From NCBI GenBank assembly GCA_026014495.1, contig JAOZIF010000172.1, positions 1-18,563 of the forward strand: a stretch of DNA of 18,563 nt, given 5' to 3'. A program made the position numbers and the translations under genes. The stretch is from Candidatus Bathyarchaeum sp. GTDB taxonomy: Archaea > Thermoproteota > Bathyarchaeia > Bathyarchaeales > Bathyarchaeaceae. This document shows positions 1 to 7,248 of the stretch, piece after piece (position 1 is the first letter of the stretch; each line of letters starts with the position of its first letter). The notes beneath the pieces are model-generated. The model searched no databases, had not been told where the DNA came from, and worked only from the letters and a program-made list of their open reading frames with translations.

Positions 1-1
1 T

Positions 2-409
2 ATAGACGCAAAGATTCTCGAAGAATTGGAGATGCTTTATGGAGACAAAGACTGCTTTTCCTCCCTGCATGATTGGTTTGGAACCGCAGAAACCTACTGG
101 ACTAACATAGAACGCCTTTTGTTAATCACGGAGCATACAAAAAAACACTACCCCTCAACAATTAAAGAAATTACTGCTTATAATAAACGAATTATTGACT
201 TATTTCACCAAACGAAGAATTATGTGGGTGAATGGGATTCTAAGGAAAGGGAAAAAACCAATTGTTCCACAAAAGATTATTCCGAGGCTACAGCCAAAAA
301 TTGGGATGCACTCAATCAATGGACTGCTTCTCAAGAAAAACTTCGAAATGCAATCTTGGACCTCGTGGATTTTTTTTACTCTATCAGCTCAGAACCATAC
401 TCCAAATAA
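2..409 (+). CDS. Hypothetical protein, 5'-truncated at the window edge
   Basis: The frame is open from position 2 (IDAKILEELEMLYGDKD...) to TAA at 407-409. Composition looks helical; no motif recognised. Confidence 0.6.
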   Translation: MDAKILEELEMLYGDKDCFSSLHDWFGTAETYWTNIERLLLITEHTKKHYPSTIKEITAYNKRIIDLFHQTKNYVGEWDSKEREKTNCSTKDYSEATAKNWDALNQWTASQEKLRNAILDLVDFFYSISSEPYSK

Positions 410-591
410 AAATGGAAGAAATAATTTGCAACAAAACTTGCAGGAAATGATGGCGCGTAAAAATTGACAAAAAATCAGTTAGTCATTTTCATCCGAACAG
501 TCATGTAGTAGCTGTTTTCTGAGAGAAAATTCCCCATTAGACAAACAGTAAATATGTCTCTTTCATATAGTCTATTGTGAGTTGAAAATAG

Positions 592-681
592 GTGTTGCAA
601 AAATGTCCTTACTGTGGTAAACTGATTTTCTATCGCGAAAAAGGTCACGCAAAAGAGGATAGATGCGACCTTAGAAAGTAG
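592..681 (+). CDS. Putative 29-aa CPxCG zinc-finger microprotein
   Basis: Manual translation from GTG592 gives MLQKCPYCGKLIFYREKGHAKEDRCDLRK*, with CPYCG plus distal His and Cys. Very short, with no well-spaced RBS. Confidence 0.35.
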   Translation: MLQKCPYCGKLIFYREKGHAKEDRCDLRK

Positions 682-906
682 GTTCTATCAAAAAGAGAAA
701 CATGAATAGTTATCAAGGCAAACCACGGGCTAACACATTAGACTTGGTTATGGAGTAAATCACTAGATATGCATTTTTCCATTTCATAATACGTTGGATT
801 AAAGATTAACTGAACTTTAGAAAAATCTAAAGAATGTTTTCTTGTTTTCGTTTGTTGGATATTAGCATTTTAATGAAAATTAGCTCTGGCTAACTTTTTT
901 GTTAGC

Positions 907-1104
907 TTATGCGCCTTTTTTAAGCCAAGAATGGTAATTGGGTTTCGATTCATCGTGGAAATATTCTTTGATTTTTCCCTCTTTTTTCTTTATTACTTTG
1001 TTACACCACGGGCAGTCTCTAGGCAGTTCCGCGCCCACGGCCCACTGGAATTGGTTCAAGCTGATGTTCCGTTTACATACTGGACATTGTTTAATTGTTA
1101 ATAT
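907..1104 (-). CDS. 65-aa zinc-ribbon protein (CPVC...CPWC) with a probable non-canonical ATA start
   Basis: Manual translation: (I/M)LTIKQCPVCKRNISLNQFQWAVGAELPRDCPWCNKVIKKKEGKIKEYFHDESKPNYHSWLKKGA*. AGGAGGG lies 7 nt upstream of ATA1104, an in-frame stop lies just upstream of the RBS, and there is no ATG/GTG/TTG before the first CxxC. Confidence 0.6.
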   Translation of the reverse strand: MLTIKQCPVCKRNISLNQFQWAVGAELPRDCPWCNKVIKKKEGKIKEYFHDESKPNYHSWLKKGA

Positions 1105-1220
1105 TTTATTTCCCTCCTTTTAGTTTTTAATTATTAGCCTAGCTAAGCTATCGTGAAACATATTTTGGGTTGCTAAGCGTTTATTCAAGTTGATTAGCAC
1201 ACGCTTAAGCTCGGAGATTA

Positions 1221-1822
1221 TTAGTGGTATATCAACTCGTTTTTTTCCAATTGTTGACGAAGATTTTCAACTGCTTCGTAGACTTCTGCTTCTTTTGTGG
1301 CTCCTGTGGTTCATCCATTCGAAGGATAAGACCTGGAAACTGTTCTGGTTCATACATAGTTTTTTTGAGAGCATATGCAACATCTTCCAACTCTATTTTC
1401 CCAAAAAGATTAGCTGAAGCAACTATGTTGACTATTTTCTTTTCAGGTTTGCCAGGGATGACTATGCCGCTTGTCTTAAGATCCCTTACAACATTCTTTA
1501 TTGCTCTCAAGGCTTCTTTCTCAGACCTAGCTCCGGTGCAAACCATCTTTCCAGTTCTGAAAATCAGGATGGTGGTCTTGGGTTTTTTTAGTCTGAAAAC
1601 TAATCCCGGAAACGTTTCAGGGTGATAATCGACTAAGGGGTTCCCCTTCACAATTGCATTAAGGTCAAACTTCTGATTCAAAGTAGCACATGCCACAACA
1701 TTTTGGATTTTAATTGACGCGTCAAAAACAGGTACCGCTTCCACTTTTAGTTGGGCACCTTTTTCCTCGACTTTAATCCAAGACTGGCTTGGTCTACGTA
1801 ATTGTGTATTACTTAATTCCAT
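1221..1822 (-). pseudogene. tbp: TATA-box-binding protein with an internal deletion and frameshift in the second repeat
   Basis: TBP motifs present: QNVVACA, YHPETFPGLVFRL, LIFRTGKMVCTG, NIVASA, YEPEQFPGLILRMDEP. The frame shifts at 1307/1308; the normal C-terminus (TGATKEAEVYEAVENLRQQLEKNELIYH*) continues in another frame to the stop at 1221. ATG1822 is preceded by AGGTGA. Confidence 0.9.
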
Positions 1823-2031
1823 AATTTTCACCTAATATTTTTTAGTAGAATGGTCAAAGAAAAAGGCAAAAAGTAATTTTCCACCAGTACTCCGGACAAA
1901 AGTCTACATGTTAATGTAATAGACGCGCACCCTATTAAGCTACTGCTAACCGCAAGCCCTCAGCATTATTATACTGGTTAGTCTCGTATGTTCATGAATG
2001 GGTTTGGGACTAACATTAATTTCTAGCTTTC

Positions 2032-2053
2032 AAAAAAGAGGGGGCGATGTGGG
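2032..2053 (-). terminator. Probable pyrimidine-rich oligo-T terminator
   Basis: The minus strand reads CCCACATCGCCCCCTCTTTTTT downstream of the 2084-2362 gene. A similar CCCACTCCCCCCTTTTTT follows the 13139-13267 ORF. Confidence 0.4.
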
Positions 2054-2083
2054 AAAACATGATTCGTTAAATGAGAGTTAATT

Positions 2084-2362
2084 CTAATCTGTAGATATTT
2101 CAGGGAACAGAATTTTTTTGGTGTTTGCTTTACAATTTGGGCATTCATTTGTATTAGCTGTATAAATCGTTCTACAATATGGGCACTCTATTCTAATCAT
2201 AGAGTTGAAATGTTTGTCTATTATATCCATCTTTTTTTCCTGTAACTCTTTTTTATGTTTTTGTTTGGAAGTTGAATAAGCAAACCAAAATGCTGCAATC
2301 GCTATGATAGTGAACATTACTGAAAAAATTAGGATTATTTCTCCAGCGATTGATGATGTCAC
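2084..2362 (-). CDS. Small membrane-anchored zinc-ribbon protein
   Basis: N-terminal hydrophobic helix (IILIFSVMFTIIAIAAFWFAY), a charged linker, then CPYC...CPNC. GTG start with an upstream GGAG. Confidence 0.8.
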   Translation of the reverse strand: MTSSIAGEIILIFSVMFTIIAIAAFWFAYSTSKQKHKKELQEKKMDIIDKHFNSMIRIECPYCRTIYTANTNECPNCKANTKKILFPEISTD

Positions 2363-2475
2363 TTTATTTATTCTCCATTTGTTAATTGATTAGTCGCCAT
2401 TTTTATTTTATTTTCAATGTGGATTTAACTTATCTTTTATGAAGCTAAAATTAATAGGAAGTGAAGAGTAAAAAA

Positions 2476-2551
2476 GGGAGTTTGCTGGAATTTATCGGTT
2501 GATGTCAACAGCTGTTCCCTGTGCAAATCCTCGTGACTCCACTACGTGGGG
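2476..2551. repeat. Copy 1 of an intergenic two-hairpin repeat
   Basis: TGCAAATCCTCGTGACTCCACTA (2522-2544) matches 3331-3353 at 22/23 nt. It has an upstream partner arm GGGAGTTTGC (2476-2485) and ends in TGGGG. Confidence 0.7.
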
Positions 2552-2614
2552 AAGAGGACAGTTACTTTGGTTTTAGAAGACCATCTGTTAAACGTGCAAG
2601 AACTGGCTTGCCTG

Positions 2615-3181
2615 TTATTGTGTGCTTTTCATTTCTAATCCAAGTAAGACAAAGCATGCGAATAAAGCAAGTATTCCAACAAGTGTGAATGTGTAAACAA
2701 ATCCAAACAATTCTGCTATTGTAGCTCCTATCACGGCTGCTATGGCTGTTCCTATACCCGTAACAGTTGAGTAAATGCTCCAATCGTAGCTTTTGTGTAT
2801 TACTGCCGAGTTTTTACTCCAAATTCCCATCCATGATGGATATGCCAAACCGCTTCCTAGGCCGTAAATTATCTGTGCGAAATAAATGTAAACTACGTTG
2901 TTTGAGAAAATGTATATAATAGGAACTATGGAGACAACAAAAGTTCCAATAATCATGATTTTTATTCTGAACTTTCGATTGCGCTTATCCACTATCTTTG
3001 AGAGTGGCAATTGTACTATACTTTTTGTTAAGATGAACAACATTACTGCTATTCCAGCAGCAAATACTGTTCCTCCAACAAGATTTTCTTTAATAAAAAT
3101 CGACAAGATTGGTTGCATTAATCCAAATCCAGTTAAAAGGAAAGCATCTGAAATTATTAGTAACACAATCGTTTTGTTCAT
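2615..3181 (-). CDS. Half-size (about 6-TM, 188 aa) MFS-type membrane protein
   Basis: About six hydrophobic segments and a motif-A-like loop (LPLSKIVDKRNRK). The likely start is ATG3181 (MNKTIVLLII); the ORF track extends it to 3211. Confidence 0.8.
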   Translation of the reverse strand: MNKTIVLLIISDAFLLTGFGLMQPILSIFIKENLVGGTVFAAGIAVMLFILTKSIVQLPLSKIVDKRNRKFRIKIMIIGTFVVSIVPIIYIFSNNVVYIYFAQIIYGLGSGLAYPSWMGIWSKNSAVIHKSYDWSIYSTVTGIGTAIAAVIGATIAELFGFVYTFTLVGILALFACFVLLGLEMKSTQ

Positions 3182-3283
3182 ATAAGAATTCCAAGAATTG
3201 TTCAACAACAAAAAGCTATCTGTTCCTATGGTTTACCTGTGTGGGCAATTATTTTGTACAAAAACACTGGAGTCAAATAACAA

Positions 3284-3363
3284 GGGGTTTTGCGGGATGA
3301 AAACTGGGTGGTGTCTCCATTGGTCTCCTTTGCAAATCCCCGTGACTCCACTAATTGTTGGGG
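3284..3363. repeat. Copy 2 of the intergenic two-hairpin repeat
   Basis: GGGGTTTTGC (3284-3293) can pair with GCAAATCCCC (3332-3341), followed by GTGA-CTCCA...TGGGG, as in copy 1. Confidence 0.7.
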
Positions 3364-3368
3364 TGTAT

Positions 3369-3662
3369 CTAAACTTCGCTGGTTTGTTTATTTTTTTGGT
3401 GACAGAATTTGAGGTAAAGTTTTTGGTCGCCGAATGTTTCTGGGCTTATTATGTGTACCCAGCCGCAGTTTGTGCATGTTAACATGATTTGTTGAGGAGA
3501 ATTTTGTTCGGCCTTAAAATTATTTGATTCACAGACTTCGCATTTGATTTCGTTCCTTAGGTGGTGTCTTAGGAATTTTTTTCGTTCTGAGTCGTTGTCA
3601 AAATTAATTGTGTGTTCTGGCGTTATCTGTTCACTCCAATTGGTTTGACTATCACTGGGCAT
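3369..3662 (-). CDS. Small zinc-ribbon protein
   Basis: 97-aa ORF with CEVC...CTNC and an ATG start. Confidence 0.75.
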   Translation of the reverse strand: MPSDSQTNWSEQITPEHTINFDNDSERKKFLRHHLRNEIKCEVCESNNFKAEQNSPQQIMLTCTNCGWVHIISPETFGDQKLYLKFCHQKNKQTSEV

Positions 3663-3861
3663 ACATTCATCTAATTATATTTTCAATGGTTATTTATATA
3701 ATTAACTATTTTTATATTGAATAAAAAACCATTTGTATTAAATAATGTTGAATGTTTTTTCCATTGTTGTTGTGCTAACTTTCTGTGGTTGATTCTTTGT
3801 TCAGAATTGTGTGCTTTTTACTGGTTTGATTTCATTGATTGCCTTTTTTCTGGATGATATT

Positions 3862-3945
3862 TGAATAAACATTCAACATTACCCTATTTATTGAATATTC
3901 ATTCATTTGATGGGAAAAGCTTATATCTAAATGAACAACTATTCA
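3862..3945 (+). promoter_or_regulatory. amt promoter (BRE/TATA about 3914-3928) with three TGAA-N6-TTCA palindromes
   Basis: GAAAAGC-TTATATCT is BRE plus TATA-like. Palindromes lie at 3862-3875, 3892-3905 and 3932-3945; a hybrid TGAA-N6-TTCC lies at 3749-3762. Confidence 0.7.
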
Positions 3946-4041
3946 TTGAAACATTGAATAAAAATTGGAGAAGTTCAAAATCATGAAAACCAAAAACATC
4001 AACCAAACCCCAAAAACATTAACAACTAAAAGGTGCATCAA

Positions 4042-5286
4042 ATGGCAGTAGGCGACATAGCGTGGATATCAACCGCAACCGCACTCGTCATGCTAATGAC
4101 GCCCGCATTAGGATTCTTCTACGCTGGCCTTGTACGAAAGAAAAACCTTGTTTCAACACTAGTTCAATGCCTGATAATCTTTGCAGTATCAAGTCTAGTT
4201 TGGACCCTCTGGGGATACAGTCTCACATTTGGAACCAGTATTGGCGGCTTCATAGGTGACTTTTCACTAGTAGGCCTAAACAACATTGGAATAAACACCA
4301 TAAGCTCGTATGCACCACAAATTCCAGAACTCCTCTTTTTTGCGTTCCAACTAAAATTCGCCGCAATCACTCCTGCATTGATTATCGGAGCTTTTGCAGA
4401 ACGAATCAAATTCCGTTCACTTTTAATCTTCACCGTAGCATGGTCAACGTTCATCTATTCGCCGGTAGCCCATTGGGTATGGAACGCCAACGGCTGGTTG
4501 CACTTTTTGGGTGCAGTTGACTTTGCAGGTGGCATTGTAATTCATGTTACAGCAGGATTTTCTGCATTGGCTGCCGCGCTAGTTATAGGTAGACGAAAAA
4601 TACTTGACAAATCAACCAACAACTGCAATGGAGTTGAACACAAGGCCTGTAACATACCATACGTAATACTTGGTGCATCGTTACTGTGGTTTGGCTGGTT
4701 TGGGTTTAACGCAGGCAGCGCATTAGAAGCAAACGCGTTATCGGTTTCAGCACTTGTAGCAACTAACCTTGCTGCTGCAGCAGCCGCAACAAGCTGGATG
4801 ATTGCTGATTGGGTAACAAAAGGAAAACCCTCTGCAGTCGGTATTTCTGTTGGCGCAGTTTGTGGATTGGTGGCAGTAACGCCAGCATCAGGATATGTTA
4901 GCGTCACTTCTGCAATTATAATTGGTTTATCTGCAGGGCTCATATCAAACCTCGTAGCTAACTGGCGTTCAGCAAAAACAAGAATTGACGATTCTTTGGA
5001 CGTTTTTGCATGCCACGGAATAAGTGGTGTTTGGGGCTCCATAGCAACTGGATTGTTTGCCACAACAATGGTAAACAATGTAAACGGGCTGTTCTTTGGC
5101 AATTCTGATTTATTGATTGCTCAGGTGCTGTCTGTTGTAATTGTTGCCGGTTACTCGTTCTTTGGTTCATTGCTTTTGTTGAAAATAATCAACATTTTCT
5201 CTCCACTACGAGTAAGCTCCGAAGAAGAAACAAAAGGTCTAGACCTTAGCCAACACGGAGAAGAAGCATACGACTTAGGATTCTAA
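4042..5286 (+). CDS. amtB: Ammonium transporter (Amt family)
   Basis: Motifs FFYAG, FQLKFAAIT, HWVW, DFAGGIVIH, WFGWFGFNAGS, DDSLDVFACHG and EETKGLDLSQHGEEAY; the twin His residues are intact. ATG4042 follows AGGTG. Confidence 0.97.
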   Translation: MAVGDIAWISTATALVMLMTPALGFFYAGLVRKKNLVSTLVQCLIIFAVSSLVWTLWGYSLTFGTSIGGFIGDFSLVGLNNIGINTISSYAPQIPELLFFAFQLKFAAITPALIIGAFAERIKFRSLLIFTVAWSTFIYSPVAHWVWNANGWLHFLGAVDFAGGIVIHVTAGFSALAAALVIGRRKILDKSTNNCNGVEHKACNIPYVILGASLLWFGWFGFNAGSALEANALSVSALVATNLAAAAAATSWMIADWVTKGKPSAVGISVGAVCGLVAVTPASGYVSVTSAIIIGLSAGLISNLVANWRSAKTRIDDSLDVFACHGISGVWGSIATGLFATTMVNNVNGLFFGNSDLLIAQVLSVVIVAGYSFFGSLLLLKIINIFSPLRVSSEEETKGLDLSQHGEEAYDLGF

Positions 5287-5425
5287 ACAAGCTCAGAACA
5301 GCAATTCTAAGTCAAATCTTTTTTTCTCTTTCTTTTTCAACAAACATGAAGCTCATTTGTTCCACAACAAACAATATTACACTTTGAAAATGCTACCTAA
5401 AACCTTTTGAAAAAAGGAGTAGAGT

Positions 5426-5497
5426 GCAGGAAATTAATGGGTGATGTCTTTTCTTATCTTATGCTTAACTTCCTGCGAGCCTCCCGCATGGGGCAGG
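5426..5497. other. Intergenic stem-loop structure between the convergent amt and Lrp-domain genes
   Basis: GCAGGAAATTAA (5426-5437) and TTAACTTCCTGC (5465-5476) pair at 11/12 positions. A second hairpin CTCC-CGCAT-GGGG follows (5481-5493). Confidence 0.5.
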
Positions 5498-5527
5498 GAA
5501 AATTTACTTGAATTTTGTTTTTTCTTA

Positions 5528-5764
5528 TCAGATAGATTGTTTGGGCATTGCGACTGCTGTCTGAGTTTTTTGAACACCTTTTAGTGCTTGAACTTTTTGA
5601 ATTATATTTGTAAGTTCATCAATGTTGGAAAATTCTGCGTATGCAATAACGTCATAATTTCCAGTTACCACCTGCGCCATTTTAACTCCCTTAATTTTGA
5701 GTATGGTGTCTGCAACTTTCCAAACCATTCCGGAGCTACATTCAAGTAACAAATAGCTTTCCAT
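5528..5764 (-). CDS. Stand-alone Lrp/AsnC ligand-binding (RAM) domain protein
   Basis: VTGNYDVIA and IQKVQALKGVQKTQT patterns; 78 aa with no HTH. GGAGG precedes ATG5764. Confidence 0.85.
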   Translation of the reverse strand: MESYLLLECSSGMVWKVADTILKIKGVKMAQVVTGNYDVIAYAEFSNIDELTNIIQKVQALKGVQKTQTAVAMPKQSI

Positions 5765-6065
5765 CTGTACATCCTCCACATATCTCTTTGTTACTTTGCT
5801 TAATTACAGTTTACCCATATCCACGAGAGATTAGTTTGAAAAAAGAAATTAATGGAGTTTAATTTGCTGTTTTACAGCCACTTCCGTTTTGGTCGCCATC
5901 ACCACACTTGGGTGCTAGTTCAGGGGCTATCGTCATTTTGTCAAATAATGCGCGGGTTAACTGGATGTTTTTTTGGATAAGTAGTGGCATATTTTGTCTC
6001 TGATTTCTTTGGGTTACGTGTTTGTGTGGGTTTGGGCTTAAACTTTTAAAGATAACTGAAGACAT

Positions 6066-7022
6066 ATGGTGATGATTTCAATGCTCTCTTTCATTGTTGC
6101 TATGTTGTCCGTGGTAATTCTTGGTTATATTGTGATTTGCCTTTTTCTATCAAGAACACTTATCTATTTAGATCGGCAGCCTGTGCCAAAAACGCCAAAA
6201 GATTATGGAATGGATTTTCAGACTGTAGACTTCAAAGCAGCAGACGGCGTTAACCTAAAGGGGTGGCTTATACCAGCTAAATCAAACAAGCTGATTGTTA
6301 TCACTCATGTTGGGGGCTTGACAAAGTACGGGTCAACTAAACTGTTCAGCAGTTTCTCTAAGCTCTACAACGAAGAAATCGAGTTCTTGAAAGTAGCCCG
6401 TCACCTACACAATGAGAACTACAGTGTTTTGCTGTTCGATTTTCGGAACCATGGTGAAAGTGGTTCCAGCCCAAATGGCGGCAAAGCGGGAATAGGTTTA
6501 GAAGAGTATCAAGATGTTGTGGCTGCAATGAACTACATTCAAAACAACAAAAACTTGACAGATAAAAACGTGGGTTTCGTCAGTTTTTGCATGGGCGCAA
6601 ACTCTACAATTATCGCTATGAGCAAGCAGCCAAAAATGTTTGAGAACGTTAAATGTTTGGTTGCTGTTCAGCCGATTTCAATGGAAGTGTTTGTACGTTC
6701 ATATCTGAAGAAGAGATTTAGTTTGTTTGGGGCTACATTGTTGTTTCCTTTGATTAAATTGTTTGTTAACTTGCAAAGCAAATACCGACTTGAAGATATG
6801 TCGCCTGCCATGTTTGTTCAAGATCTGAAAGTGCCTACCTTGTATGTTCAAACAAGAAATGACCCATGGACGGAATTAAGCGACATACGTGGTTTTTACA
6901 ATAGAACTCCAACAGAAAAGGAGCTCTTTTGGCTTGAAAAGTTGAACCATAGATTTCAAGGTTACCAATACTTTGGAGAGCATCCTGAAAAAATGCTTGA
7001 GTGGCTAAAAAAATGGATGTGA
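6066..7022 (+). CDS. Membrane-anchored alpha/beta hydrolase with a Cys nucleophile
   Basis: N-terminal TM helix; DGVNLKGW, FDFRNHGES and EYQDVVAA motifs; nucleophile elbow SFCMG; candidate acid in RNDPW and His in LNHRF. Confidence 0.88.
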   Translation: MVMISMLSFIVAMLSVVILGYIVICLFLSRTLIYLDRQPVPKTPKDYGMDFQTVDFKAADGVNLKGWLIPAKSNKLIVITHVGGLTKYGSTKLFSSFSKLYNEEIEFLKVARHLHNENYSVLLFDFRNHGESGSSPNGGKAGIGLEEYQDVVAAMNYIQNNKNLTDKNVGFVSFCMGANSTIIAMSKQPKMFENVKCLVAVQPISMEVFVRSYLKKRFSLFGATLLFPLIKLFVNLQSKYRLEDMSPAMFVQDLKVPTLYVQTRNDPWTELSDIRGFYNRTPTEKELFWLEKLNHRFQGYQYFGEHPEKMLEWLKKWM

Positions 7023-7248
7023 AACAGCCAGACTGTTAAACAATTTGGTTGTTTCATTCTAGATAAACTAATCATTTTTTGTTGTGTGAATGGTTATTGT
7101 AAACCAGAGAAAGTTTGCTGGAAAGTGATATACTGCTTTTGTTACTCTTTTTCCGATTCAGAACTAGCTATTCTATTAATCCTAATCGGGGTTACACAAT
7201 GCTTATAGTTTGACTAAAAGAATCTAGCAGTATCTCAAATATTATAAC

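Noticed and set aside
717-735. GGCAAACC...GGGCTAA resembling the c-di-GMP-I riboswitch
   Set aside because: The GNRA stem and the GACGCAAAG segment between the two motifs are absent, so the aptamer cannot form.
1172-1210. Inverted repeat GCTAAGCGT...ACGCTTAAGC downstream of tbp
   Set aside because: Could be a terminator or processing stem, but there is no T-run and no match to the other repeat family, so no function can be supported.
2522-3353. The 23-bp direct repeats as a CRISPR array
   Set aside because: Only two copies, about 800 bp apart with a gene between them, and no cas genes.
889-3662. Integron-like cassette array (co-oriented short genes with CTAAC/GTTAG-containing inverted repeats)
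   Set aside because: No RYYYAAC...GTTRRRY pair with attC spacing and no integrase in the window. The 889-906 repeat is far too short.
3983-4051. 22-codon upstream ORF overlapping the amt start (MKTKNINQTPKTLTTKRCIKWQ)
   Set aside because: Poorly spaced RBS, low-complexity A/C-rich sequence and no telling amino-acid bias. amt has its own RBS.
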